Source: Octopus sinensis
Lineage: Eukaryota
Direction: 5' to 3'
Length of the DNA stretch: 64,000 bases
NCBI RefSeq assembly: GCF_006345805.1
Contig: NC_043015.1
Coordinates: forward strand, 44,764,001 to 44,828,000
A model generated the notes under the pieces. The model was not told the DNA's origin and did no database searches. It saw only the letters and a program-made list of their open reading frames with translations. This document shows positions 24,203 to 35,465 of this stretch, in pieces (the first letter of the stretch is position 1; each line of letters opens with the position of its first letter). The position numbers were made by a program, and so were the translations under genes.

Positions 24203-24341
24203 GTACAAGCAAATATGTATCTACGCGCATACACGTGCTTGTGAATATGTACGTGTGTGTGTGTGTGTGTGTGTGCATGTGTGTGCGCGCGTGAGAAAGC
24301 GTATGCATGTGCCTGTGTACGTCTGTGTGCATACACACACG

Positions 24342-24388
<47 letters not shown>

Positions 24389-24511
24389 ATACACACGCAC
24401 GTGCACACGCGCGCGAACACACACTAAAATTCCCTAGAAGGCCTGGGACTACATAAATATGTGTACTTCCTTACGATTATCTATCTATATATCTGTGTAT
24501 GTGTATATGCG

Positions 24512-24543
<32 letters not shown>

Positions 24544-24586
24544 CACACACACACATACACATATATATATATATATATAATATTAA

Positions 24587-24621
<35 letters not shown>

Positions 24622-25066
24622 GTATATATATATATTTATATATCATATACATATATAAATGCATGTATGTGTGCCTTTAGTATGTATGCACGTACACATA
24701 CACAGACACGTACACACACATACATGTACACTCACACACATATATTGATATGCACATATAAACATACATACATACATACGTATGTGTATGTGTGTGTGTA
24801 TGCAAGCATGTTTGTATGTATGTGTATATATAACTGCGCCTCTTATCATCGCCGTTCGAAAGCTGTAGCAGACAGATACTTTCCTGGGCAACCCATTCTC
24901 CCATTTAATTTCCTAATCAATTGTGGCACCATGGCCAGAGTCGGGATTAGCACCAGGTGGAATTTGAACTGAGAAGAAAGAGCAAGACATTTCGTCCTAC
25001 TCTCTTACAATTCTGCAAATCCACCTTAACTTGACTAGTCATGTGTGTGTGTGTGTATGTGTGTGT

Positions 25067-25104
<38 letters not shown>

Positions 25105-25147
25105 ATATACAGATACATATATTCATACCCGGAACTTCCCAAATCTA

Positions 25148-25277
25148 TGAGTTAACTGGAGCAACGTGAAATAAAGTGTCTTGCTCAAGAACACAACACA
25201 CAGCCTGGTCTGGGATTCGAGATCACAACCTCACGATCGTAAGCTCGACGCTCTAACCACTGAGCCATGCGTTTTCA
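25148..25277 (-). mobile_element. SINE family G head
   Basis: Reverse complement of the head at 4759-5130. Confidence 0.75.
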
Positions 25278-25327
25278 CATACATACATATATACAAATAT
25301 ATAAATATAACTATATTAAGGCCAAAC

Positions 25328-25512
25328 AATGCAAGTTATGAAAATTAATGATACAATTCTATGGTTATTACTGTAACCTAGTACTTCAATATTTCGGGTC
25401 TAGAACCCCTTCTTCAGGAAATTTTCTGAACGCTACTGAAGAAGGAGCCCTGACCCCGAAATACTGAAATACTAGCTAACAGTACTAAGTATTAATTTTT
25501 ATAAGTCGCATT
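25328..25512. mobile_element. Inverted pair of Penelope-like terminal repeats
   Basis: Imperfect ~85-bp inverted arms, each with CTGAAGAAGG...CCCGAAATA, a motif typical of Penelope-like element termini. Confidence 0.55.
25383..25421 (-). ncRNA. Candidate minimal type I hammerhead ribozyme
   Basis: Minus strand: stem I ATTTC/GAAGT, core CUGAAGA, extra A, stem II GGGU-UCUAG-ACCC, GAAA, palindromic UA, then UU cleavage site. Confidence 0.5.
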
Positions 25513-25960
25513 CTTTTGGGTTTTTTAAAAATATTTAGAACATTTATCAGGTGGTGCTAACAAGTTAGATTTGGCCTGCAAAGATCTTTGACCGAAATAT
25601 ATCGAAATATATATATATATTTTAACTCATAACAGAAATTTATAAATGTGAAAAAGAAATGTCGACTCTTATAAGAAAAATAACCTAAAATATTTTGAAA
25701 GAATAAATTTTAAAAAAGATCGTGTCGAAAATAGATGAAGTTGAAAACATACATATTCAGGAAATAACATTCAAAATTCATTGATATTCAAGAATTAACA
25801 ATTTTGAAGTATGTACATGATATAACATATATCGGAAATTTTATGATTTGGAATACATGTTGTACATAATGATCAAGAATATTTTCGCTAAATTATAAGA
25901 CCATACAGATATTTAATATCACGATAAGCTAACATATACTGTACACAGAGGCACACACAG

Positions 25961-26005
<45 letters not shown>

Positions 26006-26099
26006 CATTCACACATATGTATGTTACACATATAGGTGCGTGTGTGTGTGTGCATGTGTTTATACAGTATTTTACAGTGTTTATACAGTACTTTACAGG

Positions 26100-26290
26100 T
26101 TAATCTCGACTTAATCCGTTTGTCTGTCCTTGTTTGTCCCCTCTGTGTTTATCCCCTTGAGGGCAATAAAGAAATAAGAATCTTTAGCACACCGGGCAAA
26201 ATGTTTAGCAGTACTTCATTCGTCTTTACGCTCTGGGTTCAAATTCCACAGAGGTTGACTTTTTGGGGTCGATAAAATAAGTATCAGGGG
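26100..26290 (+). mobile_element. A1 tail fragment followed by an older A2 body
   Basis: CGACTTAATCCGTTTGTCTG...GCAATAAAGAAATA, then TTAGCACACCGGGCAAAATG. Confidence 0.7.
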
Positions 26291-26586
26291 AGTACATGCT
26301 TTGTCTTGGTGTAAAATATGCTCGTCGGTTGTTTGACATTAACCATTTGAGCAACCCTTATTTAAGGATCTTTTTGAGTAGGCGTGGGCTACTCGACTTG
26401 ATAAAAGTTCTAACTGGGCCACACCTGTAAGGCCAAGTGGTATTTATCTTGATATGATTGTGATGCATGTGCCAGGTGTATCCTTATCAGACAGGTAATC
26501 ACCATGGATATATTGGGTTTCGTATATTTATATCCCTGCGTCACTTTGATGGTATGCGCTCTTCTCTCACTCAATAATAATAATAA

Positions 26587-26634
<48 letters not shown>

Positions 26635-26975
26635 TGTCATATCAAGTGACATGAATGTTGTGAGTAAAAAGGTTGAAAAAAAATCACCAAGTACTCCGAA
26701 TTGAAAGTGGAAATAGTAAGACTGTGTGGAATGCGAGAGGGTAATGTAAAAGTGATACCAGTGATGATCGGAGCATTGGGCTCAATCCCGTTGAAACTTC
26801 AAAACTTCTTAAGGCAACTGGAAATCCATTGCAAGATTGATGTCTTGCAAAAGGCAGCCTTATTGGGCCCAGCACACATCTTAAGGAAAGTATTATCTGT
26901 CTGAGGTCCTTGAGGTGACTTGTCAGATGACTAAAGACTTCGGTTCATTTTTACCTACACTGTGTTACGAAGGAT
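26635..26975 (+). mobile_element. Dong/R4-like LINE 3' end inside (TAA)n
   Basis: ORF 26701-26904 ...VIPVMIGALGSIP...LQKAALLGPAHILRKVLSV*, flanked by (AAT)n at 26572-26634 and 26978-27000. Dong elements are known to target (TAA)n. Confidence 0.85.
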
Positions 26976-27029
26976 TAATAATAATAATAATGATAATAAT
27001 AATTATTATTATTATCATAACAATGTTGT

Positions 27030-27225
27030 CATAAGGTCAGTAATTTCAAGGAAAGGGCAAGTTGACTACATCAACCCCCATAATTAGCTGGTACTTTATT
27101 TTATTAACCCTGAAAGAAGAAAAGGCAAAGTGGGTCTCAGCAGGATTTGAACTCAGAACGTAAAAAGCCGGAAACAAATGCCATGAAGCACTTTGTCCAA
27201 TGCGCTAACGATTCTGCCAGCTAGC
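27030..27225 (-). mobile_element. Old SINE A2
   Basis: Reverse-complement similarity to the A body and head. Confidence 0.65.
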
Positions 27226-27234
27226 AGATATAAT

Positions 27235-27613
27235 GTTTGGGAAGCCACAACTGAAGTATTGTCGCAGATGATAATTTGACATTTACCAACAAAGCAGTTT
27301 ATTTGCAGAAGGGCAGCAGGAATGCTACAAAGGTACATATGACTGTAAACATCGATTACTGATCAACAATGAATCCAGAAGAAACATAAACAAATCTTTA
27401 AACGTTGCATGGATTGGCAACCACAAGGTTTTTGATGTCGTTCTCCACAAGTGAATCGTGGAAACACAAACCTTGAGTAATTTCGTACCATTAATAAGAA
27501 GATGTGCTAGACCTGTCAAGAACAGCTGGCAAACAATCCTGAAGATATAAACAAGAAGGAATTATAAAAATCAGTCCCATCTCTGTTAGAAGTACATTCC
27601 AATGTGTCTCTCA

Positions 27614-27647
<34 letters not shown>

Positions 27648-28935
27648 ACTTCTTTTCTCTCTGTCTCTGACACTTTTAACCATTTTAAACCAGATTGAAC
27701 TCGAATCCATTGATTCTGGAGGGTACTCAACCATCCTCAGTATATGTAAGTTCCAAATGATAAGCAATTAGAAACACTGCCACAGACAGTACACAGACTT
27801 ACTAGAGAAATTTAGCCCCATCTCTGTTAGAAGTATATTCCAATGTTACTCTCTTTCTTTCTTTCTTTTCATTTCTTTTCTCTCTGTCACTGACACTTTT
27901 AAACATTATGAACCAGATTGAACTCGGATTCACTGAAACTAGAGGGCACTCATCCATCTTCAGTATATGTAAGCTGCAAATGATAAACAATTAGAAACTC
28001 TTCCACAGATAGTACACAGACTTACAAGAGAAATTTATATGAGATTTGGATTAGAAAATGCTCCAAAATAATTTTGAAAAAGAGGAAATTAATTAAGAAC
28101 ACTCATAAAACACTTATAAAAATACAGTGATTAGAGAATTAGACCAGACACCGATTTACATATACTAAGGAATCAATAAACAAGACAGAATACAACATAC
28201 ACAGTTAAGAGAAAACATTTGAATGAAATATCATAGGCGCATAAGATTAATGCTTAATCTTAAGGGAAAATAGGCAGAGTTAAATACCAAAATAGGAATC
28301 AGTACTTTAGTTGTCTCTGTAATAAATTTTAGTTATAATATTCTAAACTGGATGCTAAATTAATTAGCAAGAAAAAAATTACTTTATGGTGCAATAAAAG
28401 TAAATAAGATAGTATCTGCGTTTGGAATACAACATCCAAAATATAAAATATAAATATTATATTTACCACAGACAGGGAGACGTAGAAGCCTTATGCAACT
28501 ATAAAACTATTATAAAATGCCCACAGTATAACTGAAAAAATGAGGAACTCATAAATTACAATAAAAAAAACTAATAAAAGTATCCACAAAGCATGAAAAA
28601 AAACCTTGTTTTTTACTGTCTCTGAGGAAGCTAACAATTAGAAAACTGGGCTTGAAGCGACAAATGGTTATGAAGGAAACAGATAACAACAAGAAAAAGG
28701 GGGGGAAAAGCTATAAACTAAGCTAAAACTGGAAATATGGAATACCATGCTAAAACGATGGTATGAATGTCCCTTCATAGCCAGTATCCTAAAAATATAA
28801 AAGAAACTGAACAGAGAGGAAATGGGTAATGTAAATTTGCAACATAGGTTGACAAACACTGAGCTTAAACTGAGACAGAAAGATTTTTGAATGAAGCAGA
28901 CGATCAAAGCTTTCTCACCTAGAAATCACTAAAAG
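27235..28935 (+). mobile_element. Decayed R4/Dong-like LINE RT region with internal 241-bp tandem duplication
   Basis: Remnant motifs EGQQECYKGTYDCK..LLIN, LNVAWI..HKVFDV.LH, RSTFQ (RGIFQ-like), LIHLQYM*AANDKQLETL, MRFGLE, and later PLHSQY. Confidence 0.75.
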
Positions 28936-29076
28936 TATGTACTAAAACAGAATAAGTTACTTGACAATACAGTAACTGTACAATACAGTACCGGACCAAT
29001 TATCCAGCAAGCTTAGGACCGGAAGTGTCCCGGATTTCTAGATTTTCCGGTTTTCTGGACACAGTCTAAATATATA

Positions 29077-29481
29077 CTCTTTTTACTCTTTTACTTGTTT
29101 CAGTCATTTGACTGCGGCTATGCTGGGGCACCCCCTTTAGTCGTGCAAATCGACCCCAGGACTTATTCTTTGTAAGCCTAGTACTTATTCTATCGATCTC
29201 TTTGCGGAAACGCTAAAGTTACGGGGACGTAAACACACCAGCATCGGTTGTCAAGCGATGTTGGGAGGGGCACAAACACAGACACACAAACACACACACA
29301 TACACATACATATATACGACGGGCTTCTTTCAGTTTCCGTCTACCAAATCCACTCACAAGGCATTGGTCGGCCCGAGGCTATAGTAGAAGACACTTGCCC
29401 AAAGTGCCACGCAGTAGGACTGAACCCGAAACCATGTGGTTGGTAAGCAAGCTACTTACCACGCAGCCACTCCTGCGCCTA
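29077..29481 (-). mobile_element. SINE family B, full length
   Basis: Near-consensus reverse complement. Confidence 0.9.
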
Positions 29482-29849
29482 TGTTCAAATAATATAAAAA
29501 AAGGGAAAAATAAAAAGTTAAATTGTTTCTGATAGATTCAGGTTAATACAATTCTAAAACAGGGTCTATTTGATAGTTATTAATCCACTTAAAATGCATA
29601 AAATATATATCATACTCTACCATATATAGACTATAATGTTTATAAAATGAACATTAAACGGAGGAAAGAAAAGTAAAGAATGCGATTTTACTTGACAGAT
29701 ACAGGTACAAATGAATACGGTTTGAAAGTAGATGTTTATTAACCTTCATCAGTCCATTTGAAAAAGTAAAGAACAAAACCGTATGCAAATTAACCAACTT
29801 CAAAATAGGGGTCTGTTTATTCAATACAGAGTACAGTATATTACATTAT

Positions 29850-30156
29850 CACGTGCTCACGTGACCGACCAGACCATCAGATGTTGCTACACACCACTGG
29901 TCACAATGCGCTTCGCATTGTTTTAGCCTTCGAATGACGCCACCCCACTGGCTGAGCGAGCAGGCCAACAGAAGAAAGAGTGGGAGAAAGTTGTGGTGAA
30001 AGAGTACAGCAGGGTTCACCACCCCCTGCCAGAGCATCGTGGAGCTTTTAGGTGTTTTCGCTCAATAAACACTCACAACGCCCGGTCTGGGAATCGAAAC
30101 CGTGATCCTACGACCGCGAGTCCGCTACCCTAACCACTGGGCCATTGCGCCTCCAC
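29850..30156 (-). mobile_element. SINE family C, tail type Z, 12-bp TSD
   Basis: ATATT(A/G)CATTAT at 29838-29849 and 30157-30168. Confidence 0.9.
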
Positions 30157-30289
30157 ATATTGCATTATATTGCACAGAATTACTGAATTTCTCAATACGG
30201 AATTCTGGATTCCGGATATGAATTCCGGTATTGTATGCAGAATGTGGGAAAACAATCACATTGTCAATCCCTGCCCAGTCCTAGTGACA

Positions 30290-30560
30290 GAGAGGTAGGG
30301 GAAAATTCGTCGGGTATTGTTTTGAGAAGAAACGAAGAAAGGTATGTGCCGCTCCATCAAAGTATCTCTCAAAGAAATAGAGAAATTATCCAAATGTAAA
30401 GAACTGGAAATAGAGGTAATCAAAATATGGAGACTGAAAACAGAAGCAATTTTTATTAAGAACACAAGCCTTGGGGCTGGTGGGGATGATTAAAAACCAA
30501 GTGGACTAATACCTAATCAAATCTCCAGGGCTCACAATTACGTACAACATACAGAAAATA
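30290..30560 (+). mobile_element. Decayed Dong/R4-like RLE fragment
   Basis: KEIEKLSKCKELEIEVIKIWRLKTE, homologous to the 53494-53718 ORF. Confidence 0.7.
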
Positions 30561-30618
30561 GCACGGTCTTTTCTACGACAAAAGAGTTCGTTAGTTTCAA
30601 CTTCAGTATATAGATGTT

Positions 30619-30891
30619 GTGGAAGCGCGTGGCTTGGTGGTTAGGGTATCAGCATCATGATCGTAAGATTGTGGTTTCGATTCCTGGACCGGACGATGCG
30701 TTGTGTTCTTGAGCAAAACACTTCGTTTCACGTTGCTCCAGTCCACTCAGCTGGCAAAAAAAAAAAAAATGAGTAACGCTGCGATGGACTGGCGTCCCGT
30801 CCAGCTGGGTAACACATACGCCATAGAAACCGGGGAAACCGGGCCCATGAGCCTGGCTAGGCTTTAAAAGGGCGCATTTATTTTATTTATC
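30619..30891 (+). mobile_element. SINE family D (tRNA-like head, tail resembling the Meta domain), 11-bp TSD
   Basis: ATATAGATGTT at 30608-30618 and 30892-30902. Contains CTGCGATGGACTGGCGTCCCGTCCAG...AGAAACCGG. Confidence 0.85.
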
Positions 30892-31774
30892 ATATAGATG
30901 TTACATATTTTGACTCCACGGAGAAATGAAAGACATGAAAATCTCTGGTAGCATTTGAACTCAGAACTTGGGAACTGTTAGGTATTTAGTCCGGTTCCAT
31001 ACTGTTTTCTCTTATTCCCCACCCCCCTCCTTTGATATTCATAAAGGCTTATCATTCGACCCAAATTTGACGATATCTGAAGGAGAAATTTTCATTTTTT
31101 TTTCTTAAACAACAGATTTCTCTAAAGACTGATATAAGGCAATTAATTCACGTACATCGAAACATGACCACGCTATATACACTCACACATGCATATATAG
31201 ACGCGCACACATATACGCACATGCGCACACATGCGCACATACTTACACATACACGCATACACACTTATCTATTTACGTCATTGTCCATCTATCTTTGTTT
31301 GAAACAGGCTGATGCTGTCTGATTGTCAAACCTGTTCGTCTGGATGTTTTGTCTGTTTCTCTTTCACTCTGTCTCTATTTCGTCTTCGTACGCATGCGCA
31401 ATCTTTCTTATTCTTTAGAACAACATATTCGTCCATTTTAAACATAAGTACCAGGTTTTCTTCGGCGTAAGAAGAATCGTTCTTGACCAACCGCCGTCCA
31501 TTATCAATCAGACGCGGCATAATGACAACTGGTTGACGTTCAGTTCAAGTAAAAATCTCAATTAACAATAACAATTCGCCATTATATGTGATGAAACATG
31601 CGAAATATATGAATATTGTTGTTGTTTTTTTTTAATTAATTCGTCAACAGCGAAAGGTAGAACTGTTTCGAATATATCCTTGTGCAAAGAATAGGAATCG
31701 CTGAATAGTATTTAACTCCATTGCAATTAAAAATCGCAGTAACAAGCCAAGAAATTATATAAGCTCATATAAAG

Positions 31775-31997
31775 ATATGTGTGTCTGTGTTTGTCCCTCT
31801 TGCATTGCTTGACAACCGATGCTGGTGTGTTTATGTCCCCGTTACTTAGCGGTTCGGCAAAAGAGACCGATAGAATAAGTACTGGGCTTACAAAGAATAA
31901 GTCCCGGGGTCGATTTGCTCGACTAAAGGCGGTGCTCCAGCATGGCCGCAGTCAAATGACTGAAACAAGTAAAAGAGAGAAAAGAGTAAAAGAGTAT
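31775..31997 (+). mobile_element. SINE B 3' half
   Basis: Near-identical to the tails at 6420-6620 and 38480-38685. Confidence 0.85.
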
Positions 31998-32272
31998 ATA
32001 ACTATGAGTGAAGGATAACTATGGGTGAAGGATAAATACACTTCATACATTAAAGCAATCGTTCTCACCCTGGATCCATATGACACCTGAGGGTGTATAT
32101 AAGATTTTGTGGGGTACGCGCAAATATATATTTTAGATGTATGCATTGGCGTGTATTGCAGGAAACAGCTAGGTTTCTTTCTCTATCATTTTACACAGTT
32201 CAAGTTAATGTGTGAAAAGCAAAATAGGAATTTTGAAAGAAGTTTCTATAAAACTAGTTTATATTTTTATAA

Positions 32273-32477
32273 GGCCAGGTAACAGAAGAAAGAAGACATG
32301 CATCCAACACCAGAGCTGAAGACACCTCCGGAAGAGGGAGCCTCGCCACGTCAAAACAGTAGAGGAGTAGGGGCCGAAACTGGACGTGGTTCCTCCTGAT
32401 GATGTCTTGAGCTAACTGGATCCTATAAAGGAGCTGTTGTGGTAGCAGACCACGAAACACGGTTGTAATTCCTCCAT
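32273..32477. repeat. Unclassified ~205-bp dispersed repeat, second copy at 35819-36034
   Basis: Roughly 90% identical by eye. Both copies end at GTAATTCCTCCA. Confidence 0.8.
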
Positions 32478-32563
32478 AAGGGAATATCAATTCCAGCATC
32501 ACAGGGATGAGATATTCAAGTTAAGAATATTAATTTGAATTATTCTCAATAAATAAATACATA

Positions 32564-32838
32564 TATATCAAAGTATCATTAGAGACAGGAATCGCCATAA
32601 ATTCATCAAATCAGAATATAAATTCAACCATGTCATAGATTGGGGTTGTATATAAGGGGAGGTTCTGTAAGAGACTGGGTGTCTCAAGAACATAGTATAC
32701 GACCTCAGGAAACACGTGTAGTCGACAATTTTGAACATGAATAGTAAGTATTAAATATAATATTCTATGATATGGTTGAATTATATTCTGATTTGATGAA
32801 TTTATGGGGATTTTTGTCTCTAATGATACTTTGATATA
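32564..32838. mobile_element. MITE with ~75-bp terminal inverted repeats
   Basis: 32564-32639 is about 92% identical to the reverse complement of 32764-32838. Confidence 0.75.
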
Positions 32839-33559
32839 AAACTAGTTTATAGATATTGTATGTCTATGGGGTTCCACCTGAATAAAACAATAATCAAAGG
32901 GGTCCATAAATAAAAAAAAGTGGTTGAAAACCCCTACATTGAAATATATTTAATGTTTCTCTGTATAAGTTTGGAGTAAAATCTCATTAGCAAAGAATCA
33001 CGTTCACTGCCAAGATACCAGAAAACAACTTTCAGACAAAAGACACAGGGGAAACAAGCGATGACCGCAATAAAGGGTCAAAACCTAAATTATTTAGCAG
33101 GCGTAATTCCGCACTAAATGACGTTCCATTTTAGATGTCCTAAGAAAACTTATTTCAATTAATTAATGCAACCATTGTTGGTTTGTTTTAACGGGTGTTG
33201 CTTGTGGTATTTTGGTAGGGAACGTGATTTCTAATTAGGACTTTTGGATTGAAGATGAGCCAACAAAGAGAGTCCCTATGCCTGAGGAAACCTTCGCTTG
33301 CTTGCAAATTTGAAACGGTCCACTGACGAAATCTTTCAATATACATATGAAAAAGAAAAAGAAAATTTTTTAAGAATAAAACAGCTATTTAATATGCTTC
33401 ATACCCATGAATTTGTAAAACGAAAGATTCATTATTTTTCTTAGTACTAAATGTGTCCTCATAGGCTGTTATCATCTTGTAATTCACCCCTGGTACAACT
33501 TGAAATCTCCATTTTCCTGACATTGTCGGACAACAGTGATGCCTTAGTCAACAATTATA

Positions 33560-33721
33560 CAGATTGTCCATAAATTACATTTACAATTTGAAAACTTCAG
33601 AAAAAAATTGGGAAAATCCTGTAGGATTTTGCTAATGTTTTCCTATTGACTCAGCTCAGTTATCCAATTTTTTTTTTCTGAATATTCTTTTCAAATGTAG
33701 AAGTAATTTATGGACACCCTG
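33560..33721. mobile_element. Tc1/mariner-type MITE
   Basis: TIR CAG(AT/GG)TGTCCATAAATTAC, flanked by TA at 33558-33559 and 33722-33723. Confidence 0.75.
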
Positions 33722-33895
33722 TACAATGCTAAAAGATATCCTTAAATTGTTTGATTTCTTACACAGAGAAAAATCGCATTTTTTAAGGAAGTGTAAGGCG
33801 TAATCCATTATTCCAGTTTATGACCGATACGTGTTTCATCGTCCCAAGAAGGACAAAAGCTAAAGTGAGGCTTAATGGGAATACATTTATTTTAT

Positions 33896-34095
33896 ATATA
33901 TATATAGGGAGAGTTTACGAAAAAAACAAAAGACGAAGACAGATGGCGTACAAAACAAACAGATGTATTAGTATAACGCTCAGGAATAGAAAAAAGTCTT
34001 TTACGTTTCGAGCCTACGCTCTTCTACAGAAATGGACACAGAAAAAACAAGGAGAGAAAAAATGTGTGTAGTGGCTAACGATCTATCACGGCGAC
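33896..34095 (-). mobile_element. Penelope-like terminal repeat
   Basis: Further copies at 38846-39035 and 56250-56312. Carries a hammerhead-like CTGTAGAA-GAGC-GTAG-GCTC-GAAACGTA motif. Confidence 0.55.
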
Positions 34096-34121
34096 TGATA
34101 TATATATATATATAATGATGT

Positions 34122-34173
34122 GAACGTCTCTGATGAGAACCCAATAAGGTTCGAAAATCGATTAAGGTTGTTC
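34122..34173 (+). ncRNA. Candidate minimal type I hammerhead ribozyme
   Basis: Stem I GAACGUCU/AGGU(U)GUUC, core CUGAUGA, stem II GAACC-CAAUAA-GGUUC, GAAA, palindromic AUCGAU, UA with predicted cleavage after 34164. Decayed homolog at ~55878-55905. Confidence 0.6.
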
Positions 34174-34242
34174 CTCGTTTTTTTCAGTTTGCAGAGGAAT
34201 GGCTAAAATTTGGCCTGTTTATAATTATACTATATGTGACAT

Positions 34243-34385
34243 GAACCGGAACCCGGAACCATGTGGTTGGTAAGCAAACTACTTACCACACACCCACTCC
34301 TACGCCTATATATACACTCGTTTATGTATTTGTTTTTAATTGGCAAAATATGACCATCTCCAAGTATAACACATACACACACACA

Positions 34386-34432
<47 letters not shown>

Positions 34433-34560
34433 CGGCCATCTTTCACTTTTCGACAACCAAATCCACTCACAAGACTTTGGTCGACCCGATGCTATAGTAG
34501 AAGACACTCGGCCAGCATGCAAGACAATGGAATTGAACCCAGAACCAAGTAGTTAGGAAG
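34243..34560 (-). mobile_element. Two SINE B remnants
   Basis: Head fragment at 34243-34312 and an older 5' half at 34430-34560. Confidence 0.6.
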
Positions 34561-35229
34561 GTGAATATCTTCAAAAACCAGCGCTTGGGAAAGATCGATC
34601 CGGTTCAAAGAGTAAGTCTTTGAAATTATAAGCCGAATATATTAGGGCGGGTAAACAAAATTACCTCTAATTTTTATATTATAGATGTGGGCAGAAATTT
34701 GGTTGTGTTCGAATTTGGGCATTTTTTTGCAAATTATGTGTACATCAATGGAAGTAATCTAATGTTTCCAAAAATTCCATTTTCGTCTCGGAAACTTTTT
34801 ATGCGCATATTTTTATTCTTTGTGCACCAGTCGTAATATATGTGTGGGCGTGCACAAGCGCACAAGTGCACAAGTGCACAAGTGCACAAGCTTTGCAAGA
34901 ACATCGGCGAAAAGCATCACTGTTCACCACCTCTAATATAAGTAACTGTTACTGTTTAGCCCCAGGACAAGGCTAATACAGTAGATTTATGATCAAAGAT
35001 TCTCCGGGCGAACTTTATGTGTATCTTGAAGTACAGTCTCTAATGAGTCATCTCTTATGTTGTGTGTGTGTATGTGAGTGCGTGTAATACATTTAGGCCT
35101 TTGAATTACAAGGGAATTAGGCTGCTATTTCTAGCAGGTCGTGTGGATGTTCCCTCGTTGGCTCAGGTTTAAAATATCTCGAGTAACTGTGCTTGGCAAA
35201 GCCTAAGACACTCGAAGCCATACCTGTTT

Positions 35230-35465
35230 ATCTATTTATTTACTACCCACAAGGGGCTAAACATAGAGTGGACAAACAAGGACAGACATAGGTATTAAGT
35301 CGATTACATCGACCCCAGTGCGTAACTGGTACTTATTTAATCGACCCCGAAAGGATGAAAGGCAAAGTCGACCTCGGCGGAATTTGAACTCAGAACGCAA
35401 CGGCAGACGAAATACGGCTACGCATTTCGTCCGGCGTGCTAACGGTTCTGCCAGCTCACCACCTT
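35230..35465 (-). mobile_element. SINE A1, full length
   Basis: Near-consensus reverse complement. Confidence 0.85.

Larger units (their letters stand above)
32053..32940. mobile_element. hAT-like MITE shell interrupted by later insertions
   Basis: Start AGCAATCGTTCTCACCCTGGATCCATATG and end GGTTGAAAACCCCT, like 46801-47050. Confidence 0.4.

Noticed and set aside
27309-27332. Possible 24-nt micro-exon (TTGCAG|...AAAG|GTACAT)
   Set aside because: It encodes the EGQQECYKG motif of the same LINE RT (EEQKGC.KG-like).
27694-27968. Apparent pair of mutually exclusive 52-nt exons (27694-27745, 27917-27968) with polypyrimidine-AG and GTAAG signals
   Set aside because: The segment lies within a colinear decayed R4/Dong RT (HLQYM...NDKQLETL...MRFGLE), so the splice-like signals are better explained as coincidental within a duplicated LINE fragment.
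31326-31520. 64-aa minus-strand ORF as a host gene
   Set aside because: No recognisable motif or splice context, and the length is expected by chance.
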